Shown here: one piece after another, positions 1 to 8,847 of the stretch | Layout: each line of letters begins with the position of its first letter | How positions within the stretch are numbered: the first letter of the stretch is position 1 | Source: Escherichia phage A221 | Sequence record: ON862890.1 | Length of the DNA stretch: 64,000 nucleotides | Direction: 5' to 3' (one strand) | Notes under the pieces: generated by a model | What the model was told of the DNA's origin: nothing | Seen by the model: only the letters and a program-made list of their open reading frames with translations | The model's database searches: none | Translations under genes and position numbers: made by a program

Positions 1-14
1 TAGGGGTATTTGAA

Positions 15-3000
15 ATGGCTAATAAACCAACACAGCCTGTTTTCCCTCTCGGTCTGGCGGCTGAAGAGCAGTCTACTTTGGCTGGTGTCCTCAACACGGG
101 TACGATTGAGCATGGACCAGATGCTGTCCTGACTTTACCCGAGGGTAATGCCAGCGCAGGACTCCCGTCTTCCGTTCGCTACAATGCCGACTCCGACGAA
201 TTTGAGGGCTTCTATGAAAATGGTGGATGGTTGCCGCTGGGTGGCGGTGGTATCCGCTGGGAAGTCCTTCCGCATGCCTCTACGGCAACGCTCACTGAAG
301 GGCGAGGCTATCTCATTAATAATACCACAGGGGCATCTACAGTGGTTCTCCCTTCCCCTACGCGTATTGGGGAATCCGTTACTATTTGTGATGCTTATGG
401 GAAATTTGCCACTTACCCATTGACCGTGTCTCCTTCTGGAAATAATTTGTATGGCTCCACTGAAGACATGGCTATAACAACTGATAACGTATCAGCAACG
501 TTCACTTGGTCTGGACCTGAACAAGGTTGGATTATTACATCCGGCGTCGGTCTTGGCCAAGGTCGTGTCTATAGTCGTGAAATCTTTACAAAAATTTTGG
601 CGTCTGAAACAAGTTCTGTCGCTCTCAATACTCCACCAACAATCGTGGACGTGTATGCTGACGGAAAACGTCTTGCGGAATCCAAATATTCACTAGATGG
701 GAATGTAATCACTTTCAGTCCTTCTTTGCCAGCCAGTACAGAACTTCAGGTGATTGAATATACTCCTATTCAATTGGGTAATGGCGGTGGTTCTAGTTCT
801 TCTACGATTACTTGGGTCTATAATGGGGGTTCAGCGATTGGCGGTGAAACCGAAATCACGTTGGACGTCGTTGTTGACGATGTTCCGGCCATTGATATAA
901 ACGGAAGTCGCCAGTATAAAAATCTGGGATTCACATTCGATCCATTAACCAATAAAATCACTCTTGCGCAAGAACTGGAACCAGAGGATGAAGTTGTTGT
1001 AATTATCAATGGAACACCAAACATCTATAATCAAATTGATTATACTTTGCGGGAAGTTGCTCGTGTAACCAATGTTAAAGATACAGAGGTCGTTTATTTT
1101 AGTGTTGGTGCTGCGTTAAGTGGGTATAAAGTTATTTATGACAAGGAGACGCAAAGGGCTTATCCCTTGCCTGCTGATATTGTCCCTGGTACTACTGCTG
1201 TCAGCCTTAGTTCTTCCGCTGTACTTGTGCATTCCGCGGGTTCTGTAGATCTCGGGGAATTGGCTGTATCTCGTGAAGAGTACGTCACATTGTCCGGGTC
1301 ATTTGATACCGGTGTAACAGTTAATACCAAGAATGAACTGGTTGTTTTTACTGACAGCAAGTACCGTTGGGATGGTACATTACCTAAACAAGTCCCAGCA
1401 GGTTCAACGCCTCAGTCTACTGGTGGTATAGGTAAGGGTGCTTGGGTTAGTGTTGTTCGTGGCGTAGTAGTACCACAGCTTAGTGAAGAGTTGAAACGTT
1501 CCTATGCGCGTTCAGGTTTAAACCTAGTAGGGGATTTCAACGCAGGGGCAGTAATTCAGAACGTATCTGAAGCGTTGCTGGATACCCGTACTGGGAAGGT
1601 ATATACGGTAAGTTCCAGTGCTTCTTTCCCCCTGAGTGTTGTATCGGGTACTAACCCTGAGGCCAGTCCTGACTTATATCTAGAGGCCACTGCAATAACT
1701 TCTAAACATTATATAGACCCTACGGATTATGGTATACTCCCAGGTAATACGGCAGCAGTAAACTCTACTCGCCTGAAGGCATTGATTGAACAAGTTAACA
1801 CTTCTGGTGGCATTATCAAATTCCCGGCAGGTACTTACAATGTAGGGGATATTAGTAGTAATTGGAAAACTGTTGGGGTATGGACTAATGCCCTTGCACG
1901 AGGTATAGAAGGTGCCGGCCCGGGATTAACTACCTTAGTAGTATCTGCACCTGCCTCAGGTAATGATATCTTCACAGGAGGCGGTTACTGGATGTCCTTT
2001 AAGGATATCAGCTTTATACTAGATACTTGGGTTCATACTTCGGACTATACAAGCAGTTCGTTCGGCTCTACCGTAAACTTGTTTAATATGCTTACAGTAG
2101 GCTCGCCTAGATTGACGTTAAGTAATGTACGTGCTGTTGGCTTTAATATGGCATTCGGGTTCTGGACTTGGGTATCAGTGATTGAGCACTGTGAGGCCCA
2201 GCAATGCAGGTACGCCTTTGTATTTAATAAAGGTACTAGCATAACAGCTAACTCCCTGTACGCTCAGGATTCATGGTATGCTTATATTATTGGGGCTACT
2301 CCTAGTAATTTTATAACAGATCCTAAATCCGACTCCAGCATGATTCGAGGTGGACTCTACTATAGCACTCTCCAGAACTGTGCTTGCGACAGAACTGTTA
2401 AAGCAGGTTACACCGTAGGCGAGTACGACGGCTCCCTTATCTCATGTGGCTCGGAGATTCCTTATGAAACTGCAGCTAATATTCATAGAGGTATTGTAGA
2501 CTACCCTCCTCTTGTAGATAGTGCAGGTTCTCCGTCTGTTATTACTATGGACAGTAATACTATTATACAGGAAATGCATGTACTTAGCAATCTTACAGTC
2601 TTCCGCACCGGTGCAGGTATAGTTAATATCCGCAGAAATAACCCTACAGTTCATATCCAGGGACTGATTTCCCGGCAAGGTAATGCAGGTGCAGGTGCAG
2701 GGCTTATTAATCTTCTGACTTTCGATAGAGCAGTGACTACGTGCAACGTTACAGTAGATGGTCGTCTGCAGAGCTTGTACGGTCGCAGCATTAGCTTTGG
2801 CGCACTGTATGGAAGTACCGTACAACGTAGGTGGCACGGTGAGGCTGTACTTACATGCGACAGTATCAGTACATACTTAGGATACAATACGCCTCTGATG
2901 AACTTCGGATTCACTAACCATGCTCTCAGAGGTAACGGTAAGCTCAGGTTTGCGTTGACTGGTACAAGCAACGTAGATAGTCGTGCATTAATACACTGCA

Positions 3001-3317
3001 CTATAGGGGACATTGCGTCGCAAGCCAGCTTATATAACTTCCTAGGTACAGTAACTATCCGTGCAGTATATACAGCGGCTTCACCTAATGACCCTAACCT
3101 TACTTTTGCGCAGGCATATGTAAACGGTAATATGAGTTCTGAGGTTTCAGTAGCTATTGAAGACAGTACCCGTAATGCCGGAGGCAAGGATGTGGTTCTG
3201 ACATTCAGTAGTAACAGTGGTGTGTACTTAAGGGCTTACACTGTACAAGCTGAAGTTACTACAGGTGCCCGGTGGGTTGACGGCAGTGCTCCTAAGTATC
3301 TGGCGTGGGTGGAGTAA
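15..3317 (+). CDS. tailspike protein 1 (putative polysaccharide depolymerase, beta-helix type)
   Basis: 1100-aa ORF; ATG at 15 in ggggtatttgaaATG context; N-terminal MANKPTQP module; internal VVYFSVG/GYKVIYDK/QRAY module shared with ORF 6099-8396; C-terminal FPAGTYNVGD pectate-lyase-like signature. Confidence 0.65.
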   Translation: MANKPTQPVFPLGLAAEEQSTLAGVLNTGTIEHGPDAVLTLPEGNASAGLPSSVRYNADSDEFEGFYENGGWLPLGGGGIRWEVLPHASTATLTEGRGYLINNTTGASTVVLPSPTRIGESVTICDAYGKFATYPLTVSPSGNNLYGSTEDMAITTDNVSATFTWSGPEQGWIITSGVGLGQGRVYSREIFTKILASETSSVALNTPPTIVDVYADGKRLAESKYSLDGNVITFSPSLPASTELQVIEYTPIQLGNGGGSSSSTITWVYNGGSAIGGETEITLDVVVDDVPAIDINGSRQYKNLGFTFDPLTNKITLAQELEPEDEVVVIINGTPNIYNQIDYTLREVARVTNVKDTEVVYFSVGAALSGYKVIYDKETQRAYPLPADIVPGTTAVSLSSSAVLVHSAGSVDLGELAVSREEYVTLSGSFDTGVTVNTKNELVVFTDSKYRWDGTLPKQVPAGSTPQSTGGIGKGAWVSVVRGVVVPQLSEELKRSYARSGLNLVGDFNAGAVIQNVSEALLDTRTGKVYTVSSSASFPLSVVSGTNPEASPDLYLEATAITSKHYIDPTDYGILPGNTAAVNSTRLKALIEQVNTSGGIIKFPAGTYNVGDISSNWKTVGVWTNALARGIEGAGPGLTTLVVSAPASGNDIFTGGGYWMSFKDISFILDTWVHTSDYTSSSFGSTVNLFNMLTVGSPRLTLSNVRAVGFNMAFGFWTWVSVIEHCEAQQCRYAFVFNKGTSITANSLYAQDSWYAYIIGATPSNFITDPKSDSSMIRGGLYYSTLQNCACDRTVKAGYTVGEYDGSLISCGSEIPYETAANIHRGIVDYPPLVDSAGSPSVITMDSNTIIQEMHVLSNLTVFRTGAGIVNIRRNNPTVHIQGLISRQGNAGAGAGLINLLTFDRAVTTCNVTVDGRLQSLYGRSISFGALYGSTVQRRWHGEAVLTCDSISTYLGYNTPLMNFGFTNHALRGNGKLRFALTGTSNVDSRALIHCTIGDIASQASLYNFLGTVTIRAVYTAASPNDPNLTFAQAYVNGNMSSEVSVAIEDSTRNAGGKDVVLTFSSNSGVYLRAYTVQAEVTTGARWVDGSAPKYLAWVE

Positions 3318-3437
3318 GCGCAGGAGTAAGTGCACCTGCACTGCACCCCCCTGTACTACCTGATTACGTACAGGCATAGTGTGTGTCCTGAGTGCGCGTG
3401 TAAACGTGTCACTTAAAAATGATATACTCACCTGAGG

Positions 3438-3513
3438 CCCTCCCTCACCCTCAACGCGCCCAATTGCCCCCATAGGGGGGTGGCCTAGGGAAAACATAGG
3501 GGGTGGGGGAGGG
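3438..3513. repeat. C-tract / G-tract imperfect inverted repeat enclosing CCCCC-ata-GGGGG palindrome
   Basis: ccctccctcaccctc (3438-3452) is complementary to gggggtgggggaggg (3499-3513) allowing two G-U pairs; palindrome at 3467-3480 between the arms. Confidence 0.6.
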
Positions 3514-3661
3514 TTTTGTTGTACCTCAAACAATCCTTTATGCAGACTGTTTTAGTCAATCTCGACTTAACTAACCTGAGAAAGTCCCTATGGGAAATGA
3601 ACCAGATAACGTAACTCTAGCTAGACTCGAAGAGAGACTAAGAAACATTTTCGAAAACCAA

Positions 3662-3690
3662 AACCCCGCTCTGGCGGGGTTCTTATTATA
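3662..3690 (+). terminator. intrinsic terminator-like hairpin
   Basis: ACCCCGC-tctg-GCGGGGT stem-loop followed by tcttatt. Confidence 0.55.
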
Positions 3691-3718
3691 TCCATGTTCA
3701 TAAATTTTATTAGTTCAG

Positions 3719-3725
3719 GCTAAAT
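3719..3725 (+). promoter_or_regulatory. late-promoter-like motif CTAAATA(cccc)
   Basis: CTAAATAcccc 38 nt upstream of tailspike 2 start; recurs before seven other genes. Confidence 0.5.
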
Positions 3726-3762
3726 ACCCCATATTGGCAAATCCTCTATGGGGTATCTTCAA

Positions 3763-6051
3763 ATGACCAGAAACGTCGAGAGCATCTTTGGAGCGGTCGT
3801 AACAGCTCCGCACCAGATTCCATACACTTACACAGCAACGGGCGGAGAGAAGTTTATCTCCCTCCCTTTCTACCCTGTCACTGGTATAGTCACAATCAAC
3901 GGTGGTATGCAAGTTCCGTTAGACAACTTTGAAATCGATGGAAATACGTTGAATCTCGGACGCGCATTATCCAAAGGTGACGTTGTGTTCTGTCTGTTTG
4001 ACAAGATTCTGTCTCCAGAAGATTATAAAACCGGGATTCGAATCTATAAGTTTAAGGCTATAGGAGGTGAAACCGAGTTCACTCCTGATTACACATCTTA
4101 TGGAGTCCAATCTCTTTATATCGGTGGTGAGTACAAAACACCCGAAATTGAATATTCCTATGACAGCGCGACAGGGAAAGTGTCTTTGCAAACTGCACTG
4201 ACTGCAGGTGTTTGGGTAGTCGCTGAGATGTCTGTTAAACAACCGAATATCAGTCCGTTGTTTGACCGAAGTATTCAAGAAATCGCCCGTTCAGCTAATG
4301 TAAAAGACTCTGAAGTAATTCTCAGCACTGATACTACTCAGTCCCTCAATGGTAAGAAGGTTGTTTACTCTGTTAATGAACAGAAGTCTTATGGCTTGCC
4401 GTCGTTACCGTCCAATGTCTATATTGGCTCCGTATCCAATGGGCAGTTAACCTATAATCCTGGTCCTATTACAGTCCCTCTAGTTGAAGTGCCTGATTCG
4501 GCTGCCAAGTTGAAGAGTGAACTTGCTGCCAATACTGGGTCAAGTATGATTCATACTAGCTCCGGTGACACTGTTGAAGAATCTCTTGTTAAGTTAAAAG
4601 ACTCTTTCCGATTCGTAACTCCAGAACAGTTCTATGAAAATCATCCAGGGGAAACTGACTGGGCCGTTATGATAAATGAGGCATACGCATATGCTCGTTC
4701 AAATAATAAGAGCGTGTTGCTTGCCAATGACTACAATATATCTTCAAGTGTCATACACTATGATGGTTTGAATGTTTTATGCACAGGTAGAATCATAGCT
4801 TCCCCTTCCGGGAATTACACTTTTACCACTGCGCAAAGTAACACAGAGAACGCTGCTTATATTATTACTACAGAAAATGGAGTGTTTAATAATGCTAAGT
4901 CTGCCTCTGTTACGGGACTAACCTTAACATACACCGCGAACAGAGAGCCTTCCGGCTACACTGACCAGCATATTGCTTCGAAAGGAGTAGTAATTACCGA
5001 CATAGCTAATGTGTATATACGCAATCTACAAACTTTCGGCTTTCTTAACGGTGGGGTTGACGTTGGAGGGGTTTCTGGGAAAGGTTACGAAATAGTAATC
5101 GACAAATGTTTATCATGGATTCACGCATGGGAGGATTCAGAGAAGATCGGTTTCCGTTCTAATGTAACCGATTCAACATTCAAAGATGTAGTAACCGTCG
5201 CTTACGGTATCGGAATTCACGATGTAAAAGGTAGTGGTACAGTTTTTATCAACCCTCACCCGTGGGGTTATCCTGTAACTTCAACCGATTCATCCCAAAA
5301 ATACCCTAATATGCAGTGTAAAATACCGTTTCTCATTTCTGGTAGCGCTTCAACTTTCATTAGGCCTTACGCAGACACTGTGACAAAAATTAACAGTTCA
5401 CTTGGCTCAAGTAGGTCAAACGGTGGTGTAGGGTTTTACATAGAGGGTTGGCGTAATAAGATAATAGCGGGGAATGCGTTGATCCATCCGGAAGACGTAA
5501 ACACAAACATGGCTTTGGTGTATTTTAAAGGAGAGTCTGCCAGAAATGAGATTGAAATTGCAGATGTAATAAATCCATCTAAGTTAATTGTTGAAAGAGC
5601 ATCATACGACTCTGGTCATCAAGATGCATTGTTTACTAACCTTGTTAGGCTCCCTGAGTATATCGCTGGTAATTTAAGCAATCTTACAGGAAGCATATCA
5701 TTCGATGGCGCAGGAATAACTTCTTCCGGCACATATAGTTTACGCAGAGACGGTGAATACATAGACATTTCTTTACTTATTAATGTGACGGCAATTTCCA
5801 GCCCTTCGGGTTCGTTATCCGTTACTCTGCCTCGTGGACTTAAGTGCTATTTTGGGCCTACATCAGAACCAAGCCAGAATTCCTGCTTTGGGAACATCAA
5901 CCAAAGCAACATTGGGGTAATAGCTGTTTTGAACGGCAGCTCTATAGAATTCTTTTATAAAACGGCAAATGGTTCAAGAACCCAAATTAACGCAGCAGGT
6001 GTATCAACTGGCGCTCTTGAGCTATCCATACGTGGTAAGATTAGTAATTAA
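3763..6051 (+). CDS. tailspike protein 2 (putative depolymerase)
   Basis: 767-aa track ORF from 3748; ATG 3763 preferred by ggggtatcttcaaATG context matching gene 1; CTAAATA motif 28 nt upstream; Ser/Thr/Gly/Asn-rich beta-helix-like C-terminal half. Confidence 0.55.
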   Translation: MTRNVESIFGAVVTAPHQIPYTYTATGGEKFISLPFYPVTGIVTINGGMQVPLDNFEIDGNTLNLGRALSKGDVVFCLFDKILSPEDYKTGIRIYKFKAIGGETEFTPDYTSYGVQSLYIGGEYKTPEIEYSYDSATGKVSLQTALTAGVWVVAEMSVKQPNISPLFDRSIQEIARSANVKDSEVILSTDTTQSLNGKKVVYSVNEQKSYGLPSLPSNVYIGSVSNGQLTYNPGPITVPLVEVPDSAAKLKSELAANTGSSMIHTSSGDTVEESLVKLKDSFRFVTPEQFYENHPGETDWAVMINEAYAYARSNNKSVLLANDYNISSSVIHYDGLNVLCTGRIIASPSGNYTFTTAQSNTENAAYIITTENGVFNNAKSASVTGLTLTYTANREPSGYTDQHIASKGVVITDIANVYIRNLQTFGFLNGGVDVGGVSGKGYEIVIDKCLSWIHAWEDSEKIGFRSNVTDSTFKDVVTVAYGIGIHDVKGSGTVFINPHPWGYPVTSTDSSQKYPNMQCKIPFLISGSASTFIRPYADTVTKINSSLGSSRSNGGVGFYIEGWRNKIIAGNALIHPEDVNTNMALVYFKGESARNEIEIADVINPSKLIVERASYDSGHQDALFTNLVRLPEYIAGNLSNLTGSISFDGAGITSSGTYSLRRDGEYIDISLLINVTAISSPSGSLSVTLPRGLKCYFGPTSEPSQNSCFGNINQSNIGVIAVLNGSSIEFFYKTANGSRTQINAAGVSTGALELSIRGKISN

Positions 6052-6056
6052 ACAAT

Positions 6057-6078
6057 CCCCTCTTCGGAGGGGTTTACT
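6057..6078 (+). terminator. intrinsic terminator-like hairpin
   Basis: CCCCTC-ttcg-GAGGGG followed by tttact, just after tailspike 2 stop. Confidence 0.55.
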
Positions 6079-6098
6079 AGAAAAACAAAGAGGTTGTT

Positions 6099-8396
6099 AT
6101 GAACGAAATGTTCTCCCAAGGCGGTAAAGGCTCTACTGGTATTCTTACCAATAAGCAAGCCATTGCTCGTAAGTTTGGTGTTAAGCAGAATGAAGTAGTC
6201 TACTTTTCTGTGGGAGTGGATTTAGGTGGTTACAAAGTTATTTACGATAAGACTACTCAGCGTGCTTATTCATTACCTGTACTTCCGGTAGGAACCACTG
6301 CTGTAAGCCTTAGCAAACAGGCAATCCTGGTTCATTCAGCAGGTACAGTTGATTTGGGTGAACTGGCTGTCACACGTAGGGAATTCGTGTGTTTATCTGA
6401 CTCTTTTGCCACTGGTTTGGTAGTGAATACCAGAAATGAGCTTCTGGTGCATAATGGCATTGGTTATACCTATTTAGGTACTCTACCTGTAACAATTACC
6501 GCAGGAACTAATCCAGTTGACAATGCGGACTGGAAGCCACAGACAGATCCTAATTTACGGGAAGAATTAGCGTCTGACTCCGGCTTCCAGCTGGTTCCGT
6601 CTGTTGAAAAGCAACGATGGCTTTACGCAGGGGATGTGCGTGCTTTTGGAGTTGTCGGTGATGGGTCTGATGAGGCATCTAGTTTACAGTTAGCCATTAA
6701 CTCGGGTAATGTTTTTGTTCCCCCGGGCATGACGGTTTCTCATTCACAAGTTAACATACCAAAAGGTACAATTTTTACTTTCGGTCACGATGCTGGGTTG
6801 ACATCATTGACCGCTAATGCTCTTAATTTTGTCAGCGAGAGCCAATTCAGCTTGCTTTCCCCCGCAGCTTTCGGAGCAACGTCCATCACATTAACATCTG
6901 AGGTGACAGGAACTGGGTATACCCGGGCGTTGATAATACGCACTGAGGACACAAGTGACGCTTGGTATATTGCCAACGCACAGAATCCGGATGTAACCGG
7001 ATACCAAGGCGAATCTTTTTTAATCTCGTCCATATCAGGTGCTACCGTAAATTTAGCAACGGCTTTACCGTGGGACCTAACTACCACCAATTCGGTTATT
7101 TATCTTATAAAAGGCAACGCTACTAAGTTCATCGGGGGAATCTTAAAAAATTCTGCGTCAGGGTCTAGCTACATGTACCAATCTGTGGGGGCTTCGCTTA
7201 TAGAGTTCCATGGTACTGTTTTTGATTATAATGGAAATGGCGGTTCAAGGCATGATAACGCGTACGGTGTGGTGTACCACAACACTACCCATACCGGGCG
7301 TGTCGGAAATGGTAATATATTTTTTGGTTACGGATCTACAGATTGTACTGTTACAGGTACGACCCACATTGGAGGGACTGGTGGGGATGCGCAAATAATA
7401 TCTTATGCTGGCTGCCGTAACATCCGTACATCCCATAACACCCTAAAACCTACGGCCAACAACGGAGGTATATATTTTGGTGCAAAATGCTTCGACTGCA
7501 ACACCCATGCTGATTATATTAAAGGCGGAAAGTATGGGGTTATGGGGGCATTTGGTGCTCAGCGTATTGTTGTGGACTCGCTGGCGGCAGACGATCAAGT
7601 ATCAGGCGTTATCTTTATGGAGCAATGCCAGAACTTTACCATCACAAACCCGTCTATTAGATTCATAAAGACTGGCACTCAAACAACCGCTGCGATATTA
7701 ATTAAGGACTGTGATTATGTGACAGTGGATGCAAATGTCCCTGTAAATACAGGGGCGAACGGGTATATAGTCAGTATGTATAGCGCGCCTGCATACGCCC
7801 TGACAGTTAGAAAAAATATAAACATTACGGTAAAAGGTACTGGCAGTGTATACCTTACTAGCCCTATGACCAATTTCTCGATTAAAGACTGTTTAACATC
7901 TGGCAATATAACAGTTTACTACGCCAATGGTACGTCTACTTACGGCAGGGTTACGCGTAATAGTTGCCGGTTTTTAGTAGCTCAAAGTTTCCAATATTGT
8001 GACATAGATAGTAACACCATTGCGGGGGCTTCTGATTCTGAGGGTATACGCCTCGGTGGTAACTGTAGATGGAACAACGTATATAGAAACAAGGTTAGCG
8101 GGGTTACTACGGCATTCTTCGTTAACTCAGCACCCGCAAATCTATACACGAATGCATTTCATGATGATAACGTAATAGATTACTCAACAGTAACCACCTT
8201 CGTATCATCTCAGACTGGAACCACCACGCCAGTTACTGGAGCTTTAAACCCTGCTCCAGTAAGGAATTTCTTTCTCCCGGCAACAGGTTGGCAGGATAGC
8301 CCTACGGTAAAAAGAACTGTTAGTGGCTGGAGGCATAAAGGCACTACAACAGGCACAGCGTCCGATTGGTTTACTATCCCCTCGCCAGAAGCGTGA
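6099..8396 (+). CDS. tailspike protein 3 (putative depolymerase, pectate-lyase-like)
   Basis: 765 aa; RBS aaagagg; N-terminal module about 60% identical to residues 355-445 of ORF 15-3317; AFGVVGDGSDEASSLQLAINSG motif typical of pectate_lyase_3-type tailspikes. Confidence 0.65.
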   Translation: MNEMFSQGGKGSTGILTNKQAIARKFGVKQNEVVYFSVGVDLGGYKVIYDKTTQRAYSLPVLPVGTTAVSLSKQAILVHSAGTVDLGELAVTRREFVCLSDSFATGLVVNTRNELLVHNGIGYTYLGTLPVTITAGTNPVDNADWKPQTDPNLREELASDSGFQLVPSVEKQRWLYAGDVRAFGVVGDGSDEASSLQLAINSGNVFVPPGMTVSHSQVNIPKGTIFTFGHDAGLTSLTANALNFVSESQFSLLSPAAFGATSITLTSEVTGTGYTRALIIRTEDTSDAWYIANAQNPDVTGYQGESFLISSISGATVNLATALPWDLTTTNSVIYLIKGNATKFIGGILKNSASGSSYMYQSVGASLIEFHGTVFDYNGNGGSRHDNAYGVVYHNTTHTGRVGNGNIFFGYGSTDCTVTGTTHIGGTGGDAQIISYAGCRNIRTSHNTLKPTANNGGIYFGAKCFDCNTHADYIKGGKYGVMGAFGAQRIVVDSLAADDQVSGVIFMEQCQNFTITNPSIRFIKTGTQTTAAILIKDCDYVTVDANVPVNTGANGYIVSMYSAPAYALTVRKNINITVKGTGSVYLTSPMTNFSIKDCLTSGNITVYYANGTSTYGRVTRNSCRFLVAQSFQYCDIDSNTIAGASDSEGIRLGGNCRWNNVYRNKVSGVTTAFFVNSAPANLYTNAFHDDNVIDYSTVTTFVSSQTGTTTPVTGALNPAPVRNFFLPATGWQDSPTVKRTVSGWRHKGTTTGTASDWFTIPSPEA

Positions 8397-8414
8397 CTTA
8401 TAACTGTAAAACTA

Positions 8415-8440
8415 AGACCCCATTTGGGGTCTTTTCTTAT
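8415..8440. terminator. bidirectional terminator-like hairpin
   Basis: AGACCCC-attt-GGGGTCT with T-runs on both strands; after tailspike 3 and at the 3' end of the minus-strand open frame. Confidence 0.55.
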
Positions 8441-8760
8441 ATAGAATTTACTGTTTGCATTACCCTAATTGATACTGCTGTTAAGGTGATTACTTGCCCA
8501 GAGATATTAAACATACCCAATTGAATACCTTCTACCATGAAAGGGTCTGTCGAACCAAGTGTGTAAGTGGCTAATACGTTATCTCTGTTGGCAATGTCTG
8601 TACCCTGTACCTTAACACTAGCATCTGAACCTACTACTGTGGTTCCATTGGTTCGCCTTGTTTGCGTTCTCCATTCCCTGGCTGTACCAGCACCCCTGCA
8701 ATAGTTCCTGAAGAATGCGGAGGTCTCGAATCCATGACCATAACCGCAGAAAGATAATCA
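8437..8760 (-). pseudogene. start-less open frame (about 106 codons), possible decayed or frameshifted gene
   Basis: Minus-strand frame is open stop-to-stop with protein-like translation ...GTTVVGSDASVKVQGTDIANRDNVLATYTLGSTDPFMVEGIQLGMFNISGQVITL... but lacks a start; an ATG-initiated 35-codon frame upstream (8741 to 8634) is offset by one nucleotide. Confidence 0.3.
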
Positions 8761-8785
8761 AAGCCCCTTCGGGCTTATTTCTTTC
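8761..8785 (+). terminator. terminator-like hairpin inside noncoding spacer
   Basis: AAGCCC-cttc-GGGCTT followed by atttctttc, 20 nt before the late promoter motif. Confidence 0.45.
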
Positions 8786-8806
8786 TATTCCTCGGTTGGT
8801 TGTATA

Positions 8807-8813
8807 CTAAATA
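8807..8813 (+). promoter_or_regulatory. late-promoter-like motif CTAAATA
   Basis: tataCTAAATAtctc 35 nt upstream of ATG 8848. Confidence 0.45.
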
Positions 8814-8847
8814 TCTCTATAATGGCACCTATCGATGGAGCATCAAA

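Noticed and set aside
3228-3533. 101-aa minus-strand ORF across the C/G homopolymer tracts
   Set aside because: Translation is low-complexity Pro/Gly-rich sequence produced by the tracts; overlaps the tailspike 3' end; more likely a structured noncoding element
8800-8847. Upstream extensions of track ORFs with TTG/GTG first codons (8800, 19617, 21660, 37381, 48341, 51393 and others)
   Set aside because: The extensions run through promoter motifs, terminator hairpins or upstream genes; the first ATG with an RBS was used instead
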